64,000 nt of DNA. Source: a virus (taxonomy: Duplodnaviria > Caudoviricetes). Below are positions 8,844-17,339 of the stretch, piece by piece. Within the stretch, counting starts at the first letter, position 1, and each line of letters starts with the position of its first letter. A model generated the notes under the pieces. It saw only the letters and a program-made list of their open reading frames with translations. It did not search any database and had not been told where the DNA came from. A program made the position numbers and the translations under genes. The stretch lies in IMG/VR virus record IMGVR_UViG_3300027985_000227, positions 1,470 to 65,469 of that record; one strand, 5' to 3'.

Positions 8844-8918
8844 TGGCTAAGAGTGTTCCTATAATTGCGGTTCAATTCCGCAGCCCGAAAGGGTCAAGGA
8901 TTTGTATACACTTCGCCA
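8844..8918 (+). ncRNA. Y-RNA-like motif copy 4 with an isolated T arm and a GAAA hairpin
   Basis: TGGC-TAA-GAGTGT-TCCTAT...ACACTT-C-GCCA; inside, TGCGG-TTCAATT-CCGCA and GCCC-GAAA-GGGT. Confidence 0.7.
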
Positions 8919-8937
8919 CTTGTATAATAGGTGTTAT

Positions 8938-9369
8938 ATGAACTATGTACTTGGTTTTATGTTCGACTCATCGTTCGACAGAGTCTTGCTAATAAAAAAG
9001 AATAAGCCAGAATGGCAAGCAGGCAAGTTAAACGGCGTGGGTGGAAAGGTCGAGCGATTTGAAACTGGACCGAAGGCCATGGTACGAGAGTTCAAAGAAG
9101 AGACAGGTGTAGATACTTCAGAATCTGATTGGAAGTATTTTCTTAATATGATTGGTAGTGATTGGTGTGTAATGTGTTTTGCATGTATAGGTCCAATAGA
9201 AAAAGCTATATCAATTACAGATGAAAAAGTATTTCCTGTGCATATAGCATCAAGTATACACCACCACAACAATTTCTTGATTGAGAATATACCATGGCTT
9301 GTTCAACTAGCCATTGATGTTCTTAAACGAGGCAGACCTCACATATCTAATATAAGGTATCCGTCATGA
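8938..9369 (+). CDS. NUDIX hydrolase
   Basis: Nudix box GGKVERFETGPKAMVREFKEETG. Confidence 0.9.
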   Translation: MNYVLGFMFDSSFDRVLLIKKNKPEWQAGKLNGVGGKVERFETGPKAMVREFKEETGVDTSESDWKYFLNMIGSDWCVMCFACIGPIEKAISITDEKVFPVHIASSIHHHNNFLIENIPWLVQLAIDVLKRGRPHISNIRYPS

Positions 9370-9647
9370 AGTATATCATGCTAGAACTATCACTTGGTGA
9401 TCTGCGCTATAACGTACCAGTGATATTTCCTGATACCTTAGTACATGAAGATATGGGTAAAGCTGTAGTTCATGCTGCCAACAGGTCAGTACCGAAAGCA
9501 GACGTCAAAATGGTGTCCGCTGGATTCGTATCAAATTGTTCTGGTGTAACTTGTTACGGCAGATCAGAATCACTAGATCTTGATAGTAGACCAGAAGATG
9601 GTAAAATCATAAGTACATATGACTATACGCATGGGGTATTTGCATGA
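9366..9647 (+). CDS. conserved-looking phage hypothetical protein
   Basis: 93 aa with MKYI...PVIFP..LVH...SAGF...CYGRSESL pattern; ATGA overlap. Confidence 0.7.
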   Translation: MKYIMLELSLGDLRYNVPVIFPDTLVHEDMGKAVVHAANRSVPKADVKMVSAGFVSNCSGVTCYGRSESLDLDSRPEDGKIISTYDYTHGVFA

Positions 9648-10069
9648 ACGTATGGTATTCTACTAATGAAAATGCATGGCTGAGTAATTTGGCTGATAGA
9701 CCGTTCAACTTAGGCGGATTATGGTTTTTCTCAGTAGAACATGCGTATCAAAGTCTAAAATCCGGTCGTTTTGATCCAGATACATATTACAAGTATAAAG
9801 GTCCAGGACAAAAAATAAAAGGTAAAACGGTTAGAACACAAGATAACTATAATCTATTGTTAATGAAGCTATTAATACGAGAATCATTTTTACAGAACGA
9901 TCATTTGATACACATACTAATCAGCACACGAAACCATGTTATAACACACAATCAAGCCAATCCATATTGGAGAGAACATTTTCCAAAAATTCTTATGAAC
10001 GTACGAAATGAGTTTGACTTTAAGGCACACATAAATGAACTGATATTTGATGACGATATTCCGTTCTAA
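9644..10069 (+). CDS. NADAR (YbiA-like) family protein
   Basis: WLSNL..PF....FFSVEHAYQ and F.QN..L..IL.ST motifs. Confidence 0.7.
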   Translation: MNVWYSTNENAWLSNLADRPFNLGGLWFFSVEHAYQSLKSGRFDPDTYYKYKGPGQKIKGKTVRTQDNYNLLLMKLLIRESFLQNDHLIHILISTRNHVITHNQANPYWREHFPKILMNVRNEFDFKAHINELIFDDDIPF

Positions 10070-10076
10070 CTTTCCA

Positions 10077-10115
10077 CCAGTTTTATCCTTAATAGTTACG
10101 TAGTATAGTTATACT
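10077..10115 (+). promoter_or_regulatory. conserved phage promoter motif (representative copy)
   Basis: CCAGTTTTATCCTT.ATAGTTAC.TAGTATAGTTATACT, nearly identical at ~12068; variants at ~4147, 4411, 14789, 17971, 21048, 26161, 31700. Confidence 0.65.
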
Positions 10116-10138
10116 AAATAAATTAATCTGGAAAACAC

Positions 10139-10591
10139 ATGCAATTTCACAAACAGCTTATTCAACACTGCCCAACAGAAGATCGTTATGGTGACTGCTT
10201 CAGGACTAGTCTTGGATGTATTTTAGACTTACGTCCTGAAGAAGTACCTCACTTCTTTGATAAAGGTAAGATATGTGATGAGGCGTTTGATGAGTTACAT
10301 GAGTGGCTGTCAGATAGAGGTTTGAAAATAATAGACATACCATTCAATGGTAAAGACATAGAACCAAAACAATTTATTGAAAATATAAACACATGGTTTA
10401 GCGATATTCTATTGCTGGTATCAGGTGAAAGTGGCGGGTTTAAAGGCGTAAATCACACTGTTGTAGCATTAAACGGTGAATTTATACACGATCCAGCCAT
10501 TCACAACAAATTCATCTGTGGTCCATGTGATGATGAGTTGTACTGGGTAGCGTTTATAGTACCTAAAACAATAGAGTTTCACTATGACTAA
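10139..10591 (+). CDS. putative cysteine-peptidase-like protein
   Basis: GDCFR.SLGCIL...VPHF and NHTVV.....HDP motifs (possible Cys-His-Asp triad). Confidence 0.5.
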   Translation: MQFHKQLIQHCPTEDRYGDCFRTSLGCILDLRPEEVPHFFDKGKICDEAFDELHEWLSDRGLKIIDIPFNGKDIEPKQFIENINTWFSDILLLVSGESGGFKGVNHTVVALNGEFIHDPAIHNKFICGPCDDELYWVAFIVPKTIEFHYD

Positions 10592-10817
10592 GCTAATACC
10601 AATAAAACCAGATATGGTTCTTACCGATGAGGCTCAGAATGATTACGATGACTTTAACAGCAGATTTGAGGGGTGTACATGTTTTCTAGGTCATCCACCG
10701 TGCGGGTTCTGCGCTCATCCAGGTAACCCACTTAATCTTAATGAAGATGAATCGGCATGGAAACACACATTGAAATCTGCAGTTAGAAGTGTGGTAGAAA
10801 ACGGTAAGGTTGTATGA
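10584..10817 (+). CDS. small Cys/His protein
   Basis: GCTCFLGHPPCGFC motif. Confidence 0.6.
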   Translation: MTKLIPIKPDMVLTDEAQNDYDDFNSRFEGCTCFLGHPPCGFCAHPGNPLNLNEDESAWKHTLKSAVRSVVENGKVV

Positions 10818-10920
10818 TAATTGAAGCTTTAGTGAGTGCCGACGGCCGACTCTCGATCCATTGATAGTCTCCAGCTACCAATAGGCTGACGGCACTCACT
10901 AAAGCTCCAACAGGTGACAT

Positions 10921-11127
10921 ATGGAAGACTTAACACTGGGTGAGATCAGAAAGCTGTTACGGCTGTCTGAACAATCTATTTGTGACTATATAAATCATGA
11001 GTTGAATCAATTACGTGCCATTGGTATTGTACCAGAGGACGTCGATTTAGATAAAATCGTCACCAAAAGTTTGGGTTATGACGATGAGTTACGTATATCA
11101 GATGTAAGTATAGAGATAAAAGTATGA
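10921..11127 (+). CDS. hypothetical protein
   Basis: 68-aa ORF, AGGTG RBS. Confidence 0.55.
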   Translation: MEDLTLGEIRKLLRLSEQSICDYINHELNQLRAIGIVPEDVDLDKIVTKSLGYDDELRISDVSIEIKV

Positions 11128-12083
11128 CGCCAATAGTAAAAATGGTCTTTGGGTCACACTTGTATGGCCTAGATACACCAGAATCAGATAAAGATTTTAA
11201 AGGTGTGTATCTACCTGACATCAATGACATTCTGTTATTAAAAGTACAAAACAGCATATCTACATCCACAGGTAATGACAGATCAAAAAATACAAAAGAT
11301 GACGTAGATACTGAGATATTTTCTCTGCAGTATTTTATGAATATGTTAGCTCAAGGGCAAACTATAGCTTTAGATATGGTGCATGCTCCTGACTGGGCCA
11401 TAGAAGTATCTAGTGAAATTTGGATGCACATAGTAAGTTGCAAGCATAAGTTTTACACAAAGAATATGACAGCTTTTATTAGTTACTGTCGTAAACAAGC
11501 CAATAAGTACGGTATAAAAGGTAGCCGTCTAGATGAAGCGATAAAAGTAGAAATGTTTCTATCATTAAGACCAAATGATATGCGTCTATCGTCCATCTGG
11601 AACCATTTACCTGATGGTGAGCACATTCATAAGCTGCCACCATCTGACACAGACATGTCTAACAGACGTATTTATCAAGTAGTTGGTAAACAGTTTCTAG
11701 AGCACGCTAGACTCAGTGAAGTACGTGGGAGCTTACAGCAGTTCATAGCTAATGCTGGTGACAGAGCAGCTAAGGCTAGAATGAATCGCGGTATTGATTG
11801 GAAGGCTGTATCACACGCTGTAAGAGCAGCGGATCAAATGAAACAGTTATTCACTGAAGGTACCATTACGTTCCCATTGAAGCGTGCTGAATATATAAAG
11901 TCTGTAAAAATGGGTAGACTAGACTACACAAGACTTGTAGCACCAGATTTAGAACGGACAATGGACGAGGTGGAAGAATTGGCCTCAGTAAGCGGTTTAC
12001 CAGATACGGTGGACTACAAGTGGCTGGATGATTTTACTGTGTCATTAATTAGAACTAAGTACAATCTCCAGTTTTATCCTTGA
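11124..12083 (+). CDS. pol-beta superfamily nucleotidyltransferase (YcgL/RlaP-like)
   Basis: FGSHLYGLDTPESDKDFKGVY and DWKAVSHAVR motifs. Confidence 0.8.
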   Translation: MTPIVKMVFGSHLYGLDTPESDKDFKGVYLPDINDILLLKVQNSISTSTGNDRSKNTKDDVDTEIFSLQYFMNMLAQGQTIALDMVHAPDWAIEVSSEIWMHIVSCKHKFYTKNMTAFISYCRKQANKYGIKGSRLDEAIKVEMFLSLRPNDMRLSSIWNHLPDGEHIHKLPPSDTDMSNRRIYQVVGKQFLEHARLSEVRGSLQQFIANAGDRAAKARMNRGIDWKAVSHAVRAADQMKQLFTEGTITFPLKRAEYIKSVKMGRLDYTRLVAPDLERTMDEVEELASVSGLPDTVDYKWLDDFTVSLIRTKYNLQFYP

Positions 12084-12133
12084 TAGTTACATAGTATAGT
12101 TATACTGTAGTAATTAATCTGGAGACTACATCG

Positions 12134-12325
12134 ATGCAACTAATCATAGATGTGCCTGATGAATACCTTCATACTATACGTGGTGAAGGTGTAAACAAAC
12201 ATGACATGGCCAGACTAGTGAAAAAGGAACTTTCTTCGGCTGGTGGTGTGTACATGCCGCACGAGTGGGAACAGATTTTCCTTCACATGTTCAGGAGTGG
12301 TAAAGCTCGTGTTAAAGCTGCGTGA
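12134..12325 (+). CDS. hypothetical protein
   Basis: 63-aa ORF after promoter motif and CTGGAGACTAC RBS. Confidence 0.6.
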   Translation: MQLIIDVPDEYLHTIRGEGVNKHDMARLVKKELSSAGGVYMPHEWEQIFLHMFRSGKARVKAA

Positions 12326-12517
12326 CACATTTGTAACGGCCGTATCAATAGCCATTGTAGCTACATTGATCATTTTAAACGTGTGGATATATTTCGAGGA
12401 AGTACACGTATTCGTGTGTATTTTACTTAACATTTTGTCATTCGCAATGTGGATGTCTTGGGGCACTTCTAGCCAGTTTCGTAAAAGGATAACTGCTATT
12501 GAAAACCGAGTAAAACG

Positions 12518-12745
12518 ATGAGTTTAGAATGGGTAAAATGTGCCGAAGGATACAGAGCCAGAGTACTTAAAGGCCAATTTAAGGTAAAGCTAATTGACGG
12601 CAAATGGCGTGCATCTTACGAGACAGTCAAAAGTGGTTTTGTAGTTGGTAACACAATAAGTGAAAACATTGCTAATAGTGTTCTAGCTAAAAACGAATGT
12701 GAATCGGCTTACGAAAAAGTCAAGCACCTGGTAGACGCACCATGA
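12518..12745 (+). CDS. hypothetical protein
   Basis: 75-aa ORF in the packed array. Confidence 0.55.
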   Translation: MSLEWVKCAEGYRARVLKGQFKVKLIDGKWRASYETVKSGFVVGNTISENIANSVLAKNECESAYEKVKHLVDAP

Positions 12746-12881
12746 AACTTTTCCTGACTATAAATGACGTACAAACAATATTGACAAGAATCGGCTTACG
12801 AAAAAGTCAAGCACCTGGTAGACGCACCATGAAACTTTTCCTGACTATAAATGACGTACAAACAATATTGACAAGAATCGG
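12701..12881. repeat. 87-bp perfect tandem duplication
   Basis: units start at 12701 and 12788; GAATCGG recurs at 12701, 12788 and 12875. Confidence 0.95.
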
Positions 12882-13278
12882 ATGCGATGTAGAGAGAGAT
12901 ATTACTAACAAGTATCTCAACATACGTTATCATGGTGTCAGTATGGGCCGTGTTACGTTTTCCTCTACAGAAGACTTCCACTTGAAACTGTATGGCGAGT
13001 ATAGGTATAGATCTGATCCACTAGACCTAAAAGATTGTGACATGATCAGATACAGATTCAACGTGGCGGTATCTACAGGCTATGTTCCGTCGCTTCATGA
13101 TTGGCTGATAGTGGTGCGTGACGCTAAAAATGCACAAGCAGCGGAACTTCGTATACGTGTAAGAAATCGTGAGCGCCTTGAATCTGTATTCCCTAAAAAA
13201 CGAAGTAAATTAGTGCCAAAAAATATTCGTTCATTCTTAGGTGAAGTGGTAGACGATGACGTACGTTGTGACACATAA
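12742..13278 (+). CDS. hypothetical protein with duplicated N-terminus
   Basis: MKLFLTINDVQTILTRIG appears twice because of the in-frame 87-bp duplication. Confidence 0.6.
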   Translation: MKLFLTINDVQTILTRIGLRKSQAPGRRTMKLFLTINDVQTILTRIGCDVERDITNKYLNIRYHGVSMGRVTFSSTEDFHLKLYGEYRYRSDPLDLKDCDMIRYRFNVAVSTGYVPSLHDWLIVVRDAKNAQAAELRIRVRNRERLESVFPKKRSKLVPKNIRSFLGEVVDDDVRCDT

Positions 13279-13804
13279 ACGCAGTCAAGCTTTAGTAAAC
13301 GCCGCAATACGGTTCGCTAAAGGACACCATGAAGGTCAATTGCGTAAGTATACTGGAGAACCGTATATAGAGCATCCGATTTCTGTTGCAAAGATTGTAT
13401 CAAGTGTAACAGAAGACGTTGAAGTCATATGCGCAGCCATATTACATGATGTATTAGAAGATACGAATGCTAAGTATGAAGATCTAATAAACCGTGGATT
13501 TGGCTGGAGTATAGCCAACATGGTGTTAGAGTTAACTGATGTATCTAAACCATCGGACGGTAATAGATCTATACGTAAGGCTATAGACAGAATGCACTTG
13601 GCCAAGGCCAGTAAAAGATCAAAGACTGTGAAGTTGGCTGACATGATTGATAACTCATGCTCCATAGTTGTGCATGATCCTAACTTCGCTGTAGTGTACA
13701 TGAGAGAAATGAAGCTACTATTGCCACACATAAAAGATGGCGATATATCTCTATTCAAAATTGCAAACCAGATAGTAGAAGAATACTATGCCAGCAAGAC
13801 GTGA
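13256..13804 (+). CDS. HD-domain (p)ppGpp hydrolase-like protein (Mesh1/SAH-like)
   Basis: H.GQLRKYTGEPYIEHP, AAILHDVLEDT, VKLAD.IDN motifs. Confidence 0.85.
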   Translation: MTYVVTHKRSQALVNAAIRFAKGHHEGQLRKYTGEPYIEHPISVAKIVSSVTEDVEVICAAILHDVLEDTNAKYEDLINRGFGWSIANMVLELTDVSKPSDGNRSIRKAIDRMHLAKASKRSKTVKLADMIDNSCSIVVHDPNFAVVYMREMKLLLPHIKDGDISLFKIANQIVEEYYASKT

Positions 13805-13979
13805 AATCCGTGCTGTAAGAAAGTGGTCTATACTAGTATACAGACCAAAGTATTGGTATGAGTGGCTATTCATGCCATTACATAAAATGGTTTGCGGTTA
13901 TGTGTACGTTTGTAATGACGTGCCATATAAAGACATGATGGATGCTATTCGTCATTGCACTGTAGCAGACATTTGCTGT

Positions 13980-14104
13980 AAACCTGAGCGCTCTGGTATA
14001 AACACGTGTAGCAGCCCGTAGCTACATATTAATAATTTTATAGTGTTTAACCAGAACGCTCTGAATAGTCCGAACGTACATCCGGTTACATACTTCTAAG
14101 TTAA
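13980..14104. repeat. 125-bp dispersed intergenic element, copy 1
   Basis: near-identical to 32831-32955; related inverted copy at 59414-59530. Confidence 0.9.
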
Positions 14105-14118
14105 AAATTGAGGTTACA

Positions 14119-14490
14119 ATGTCTAAGAGAAAAATTGTTTGTCTGTGTGGATCTACCAAGTTTCGCAAAGAGTTTGAAGAAGCTAATAAGGCATATACAC
14201 TGGCAGGATGGGTTGTACTGACAGTAGGTGCATTTCCACACACTGACAACAGCCAATCCCCTGAAGAAGAGTTCGGCTCTTCGGTAAAACGTGAGCTAGA
14301 TGAACTGCATAAAGACAAGATTCTAATGGCTGATCTTGTACACGTGATCAACGTAGGTGGATATATTGGCTTTTCTACGAAGAACGAGATAGCTCATGCG
14401 CTCGCACATGGAAAGAAAATAGAGTGGCTAGAACCAAAGTTCTCTATGGAGAATGTGTACTTTGCTCTGAAGCAACACTTTAATCAATGA
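14119..14490 (+). CDS. nucleoside 2-deoxyribosyltransferase-like fold protein
   Basis: VCLCGSTKF...H..KI.MAD.VHVINVGGYIG.ST.NEI motifs. Confidence 0.55.
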   Translation: MSKRKIVCLCGSTKFRKEFEEANKAYTLAGWVVLTVGAFPHTDNSQSPEEEFGSSVKRELDELHKDKILMADLVHVINVGGYIGFSTKNEIAHALAHGKKIEWLEPKFSMENVYFALKQHFNQ

Positions 14491-14500
14491 TGTTTGTACT

Positions 14501-14782
14501 ATGAAGCTACCAGTTAAATATGATGATATACCGATTAGTGATAGATGGAGGGTCAGGGAAGAGTATGTTAGGTTACAAGAAGGTAATTGCTATCACTGTG
14601 GAGCGCCCTTAAGTGGTAAACCAACTAAGAAAATTAGGATTAAATGGATAAATACGCGTCTATTTCCGCCTAACTTCTTCAGGTACCCAATACATTTACA
14701 CCATAGTCATGACACAGGAATGACCATAGGTGCTGTGCATAGCCTGTGTAATGCTGTGTTATGGCAGTATTACGGAGAGTAA
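14501..14782 (+). CDS. endonuclease VII/HNH-like protein
   Basis: Q.G.CYHC...HLHHSHDTG..IGAVH..CN motif. Confidence 0.65.
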   Translation: MKLPVKYDDIPISDRWRVREEYVRLQEGNCYHCGAPLSGKPTKKIRIKWINTRLFPPNFFRYPIHLHHSHDTGMTIGAVHSLCNAVLWQYYGE

Positions 14783-14848
14783 TCCCTCTATTTACTCCCT
14801 GATTAATAGGTGGTATAGTTATACTGCAATGTAACTGGAGATAAAACC

Positions 14849-15652
14849 ATGTCTAACGTATTTTCATCCGGTCAATGTGTAATCCACAATGACGGAACTT
14901 ATGGTATCATAATCGGCACTACTCGTAATGCCACCAATCACAAACTCTTAACCAGGTTCTTGATTTGTGGTGGATCTACTCGCGACAAGATTGGCAGCCG
15001 CCGCACGTCGTACTCATCGAACTTGTCTCTTTTGACAGATCTAAAAAGAATCAAGATCTGTGCTGATAAGTCCATAAGGTATAATGTGGATATCAATGTG
15101 GATGTCGTTACATGTACGAAGAATGATATCAATATGGATATCGTTACGTATCCGAATGACGCGTTGATGAAGGAGATCATGGATAGTATAGACTATAAAA
15201 AATCTAGCACTACGTTAGACAAGAAATCGAAGATCGAAGCATGCAGTCTTAAGCAAAAGACAGCTGAAGCAGCGAAGCGCCGTCGTGCTCAACGTCGTGA
15301 TCTGAAAGCCGGATACTCTTTCAAGTCTTCATCTGTATCATCTTTGGACTACATCGCGCTGTCAGAAGAACTGGGTAAGTCGAACCCTGTTATGATCGTC
15401 AAGATGACAGCCAACAAAAAGACGTATTTCGTCGTTGGCGTGTACATTCAGCTGATCAACAAGGTTCGTGCTAAAAAAGCACCAACTATGCCCATGTCAT
15501 ACTCAGTCGCACGCAATTTAGAGCGTGCTGTGTTTTACAAAGTCAACGTTGACAACCTGCCAAGCATGATCGAGTGGTTGAAGGCAGTAAATCGTGCATC
15601 ATGGGCTGGTAATGGCAGTGTCAAAGCCAGCGTTTCATTCCCAAAAGTGTGA
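14849..15652 (+). CDS. basic hypothetical protein
   Basis: 267-aa K/R-rich ORF after promoter motif and CTGGAGA RBS. Confidence 0.7.
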   Translation: MSNVFSSGQCVIHNDGTYGIIIGTTRNATNHKLLTRFLICGGSTRDKIGSRRTSYSSNLSLLTDLKRIKICADKSIRYNVDINVDVVTCTKNDINMDIVTYPNDALMKEIMDSIDYKKSSTTLDKKSKIEACSLKQKTAEAAKRRRAQRRDLKAGYSFKSSSVSSLDYIALSEELGKSNPVMIVKMTANKKTYFVVGVYIQLINKVRAKKAPTMPMSYSVARNLERAVFYKVNVDNLPSMIEWLKAVNRASWAGNGSVKASVSFPKV

Positions 15653-15912
15653 TAGGACTAGTATTCCAGCACACGGACGTGCCAAGAGGTGATGGTCTGA
15701 TTCCAGTAAGATCATATTTTGATCTAAAGAAGGGTAGCTACTATATCGTACGATACAACGGCACATACTATACAGGTATAGTAGAGTCAATAGATGAGTA
15801 CGATGAAAAAATAGGCTATCACCATTTGATCAGACGTATGGATAAAACTGAATTAAAGATCACATTTGATGGATTTAATGAGTGTCGTATATACACTTGT
15901 ACACTACATTAG
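15649..15912 (+). CDS. hypothetical protein
   Basis: 87-aa ORF, GTGA overlap. Confidence 0.5.
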   Translation: MIGLVFQHTDVPRGDGLIPVRSYFDLKKGSYYIVRYNGTYYTGIVESIDEYDEKIGYHHLIRRMDKTELKITFDGFNECRIYTCTLH

Positions 15913-15988
15913 GGCTTGTAGCTCAGACGGTTAGAGCAGTCGACTCATAATCGATTGGTCGTAGGTTCGAATCCTACCAGGCCCACCA
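15912..15988 (+). tRNA. tRNA with CAU anticodon, probably tRNA-Ile2 (reads AUA after lysidine modification)
   Basis: cloverleaf; GTCGA-CTCATAA-TCGAT arm; Ile-like GGGCTTG acceptor; no initiator triple G-C pairs; CCA end. Confidence 0.85.
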
Positions 15989-16003
15989 AATTTGGAGACA
16001 TAG

Positions 16004-16264
16004 ATGACAACCCACCTTCGTCAAATAGCCAACAAGCTGATGGAGCAAAACCCAGAAGGTACCAAGACAGTACCGTGCAAATGGTGCGATACACCAACTC
16101 CGATGCTTGGTACTAAAGAGTGTGATGGCTGTTGGGAACTTCGTACTCGTCTAGTCCAATCCAAACAAACCATTCTGGTATCAATGCTTAACGTAGAACG
16201 TCCAGATCTACTAGTCATGGTGAAGGAGACCAAAGATGAAAATCTTCCAACAGATAAAGAGTGA
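16004..16264 (+). CDS. Zn-finger-like hypothetical protein
   Basis: CKWC..PT.MLGTKECDGCWE motif; GGAGA RBS. Confidence 0.65.
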   Translation: MTTHLRQIANKLMEQNPEGTKTVPCKWCDTPTPMLGTKECDGCWELRTRLVQSKQTILVSMLNVERPDLLVMVKETKDENLPTDKE

Positions 16265-16448
16265 GCTCAAGCAGTACGAGTTGAAAGACGTGGCTGAATA
16301 CGCAGAAGTAAGCGTGCAGACACTACGTAACTGGATTGATGGTAAGGTAGAGAATCCGCACCTTCGTACCATTACAGCTGTGGCCGATGCACTTGGCTAT
16401 AACGTTGTTCTGGAAAAACAAGGCACGGTCTTTACTCTAGCAGCTTAA
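16236..16448 (+). CDS. XRE-family helix-turn-helix protein
   Basis: LKDVAEYAEVSVQTLRNWIDG...NPHLRTITAVADALG. Confidence 0.8.
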   Translation: MKIFQQIKSELKQYELKDVAEYAEVSVQTLRNWIDGKVENPHLRTITAVADALGYNVVLEKQGTVFTLAA

Positions 16449-16533
16449 CCGGGTATGGCGGAATTGGTAGACGCAAGGGACTTAAAATCCCTTGGCTTAG
16501 GCCGTGTGGGTTCGAGTCCCACTACCCGGACCA
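16449..16533 (+). tRNA. tRNA-Leu(UAA)
   Basis: cloverleaf with long variable arm; AGGGA-CTTAAAA-TCCCT; CCA end. Confidence 0.93.
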
Positions 16534-16542
16534 AAACATTAG

Positions 16543-16848
16543 GTGAAAAATAAGATGGAAGAAATCAATGAGTGGTTAGATAATGAGTGGAATAAGAATC
16601 CTCCGCAGAATGATGGGGATTTTTACTATTACGGCCCACTTCCTGGGGGAGGAGATAATATAGTCATTATAGTACAGATAACCACACATCCTGGAACTGG
16701 TCAGCGCTTAGGATGTTTCTTTATGCCACCTGGGTGGAGAGGAAATAAGATGATTGTAACGCCTACACTTCACGCAGCAGAACTCCATATGTGGACAGGA
16801 GAATGGTCTGGACCTGAGTTTGGTCTGTGCTGTGTAGATAGTGAGTAA
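16543..16848 (+). CDS. hypothetical protein
   Basis: 101-aa ORF directly after the tRNA. Confidence 0.55.
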   Translation: MKNKMEEINEWLDNEWNKNPPQNDGDFYYYGPLPGGGDNIVIIVQITTHPGTGQRLGCFFMPPGWRGNKMIVTPTLHAAELHMWTGEWSGPEFGLCCVDSE

Positions 16849-17338
16849 AAATACGATGAAGTGTAAAGAATGTGAAGACTCTGGATATATGTGGGATACT
16901 GCAATACCATGCCCAAAATGTGATATTGGTGCTGAAAAGAAGTATGAAGAAAATAAGTCTGAGCTAAGGCACTTAAATATTAGAGCCAAAGCATTGCGAA
17001 ACAGTATAAAGGCGTACGAACTATCTAAGTCTAAGATAGATTACGGTATTTTTAATGGTGATGGTCGTACAACAGTATCTCCGATAAACTATCCAGTAGG
17101 TACAAGACCAATATCCGTCACCAAATCAGCTGCAAGAGCATGTATCAACAGATTTCTTTCTACAAAATCGTCCACACATTCAGTATTTGGATCTACTTTG
17201 TGGGTTATACTTTATTTCTGCGTACTTCATGATATAAAGTATACACTATTTAGAACAAGCGGTATTGGCTACTATGTACAACTTAACGCGTTTACTGGTG
17301 ATGATCTTTCTGTTTTTGTTAACAGTAAATCCAGTTAA
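16841..17338 (+). CDS. hypothetical protein with N-terminal CxxC..CxxC
   Basis: CKEC...CPKC followed by a coiled coil. Confidence 0.6.
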   Translation: MSKNTMKCKECEDSGYMWDTAIPCPKCDIGAEKKYEENKSELRHLNIRAKALRNSIKAYELSKSKIDYGIFNGDGRTTVSPINYPVGTRPISVTKSAARACINRFLSTKSSTHSVFGSTLWVILYFCVLHDIKYTLFRTSGIGYYVQLNAFTGDDLSVFVNSKSS

Positions 17339-17339
17339 A

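Noticed and set aside
16236-16448. Lysogeny repressor implying a temperate module
   Set aside because: It is a short XRE HTH only, with no integrase, partition genes or divergent cro/cI arrangement in the window.
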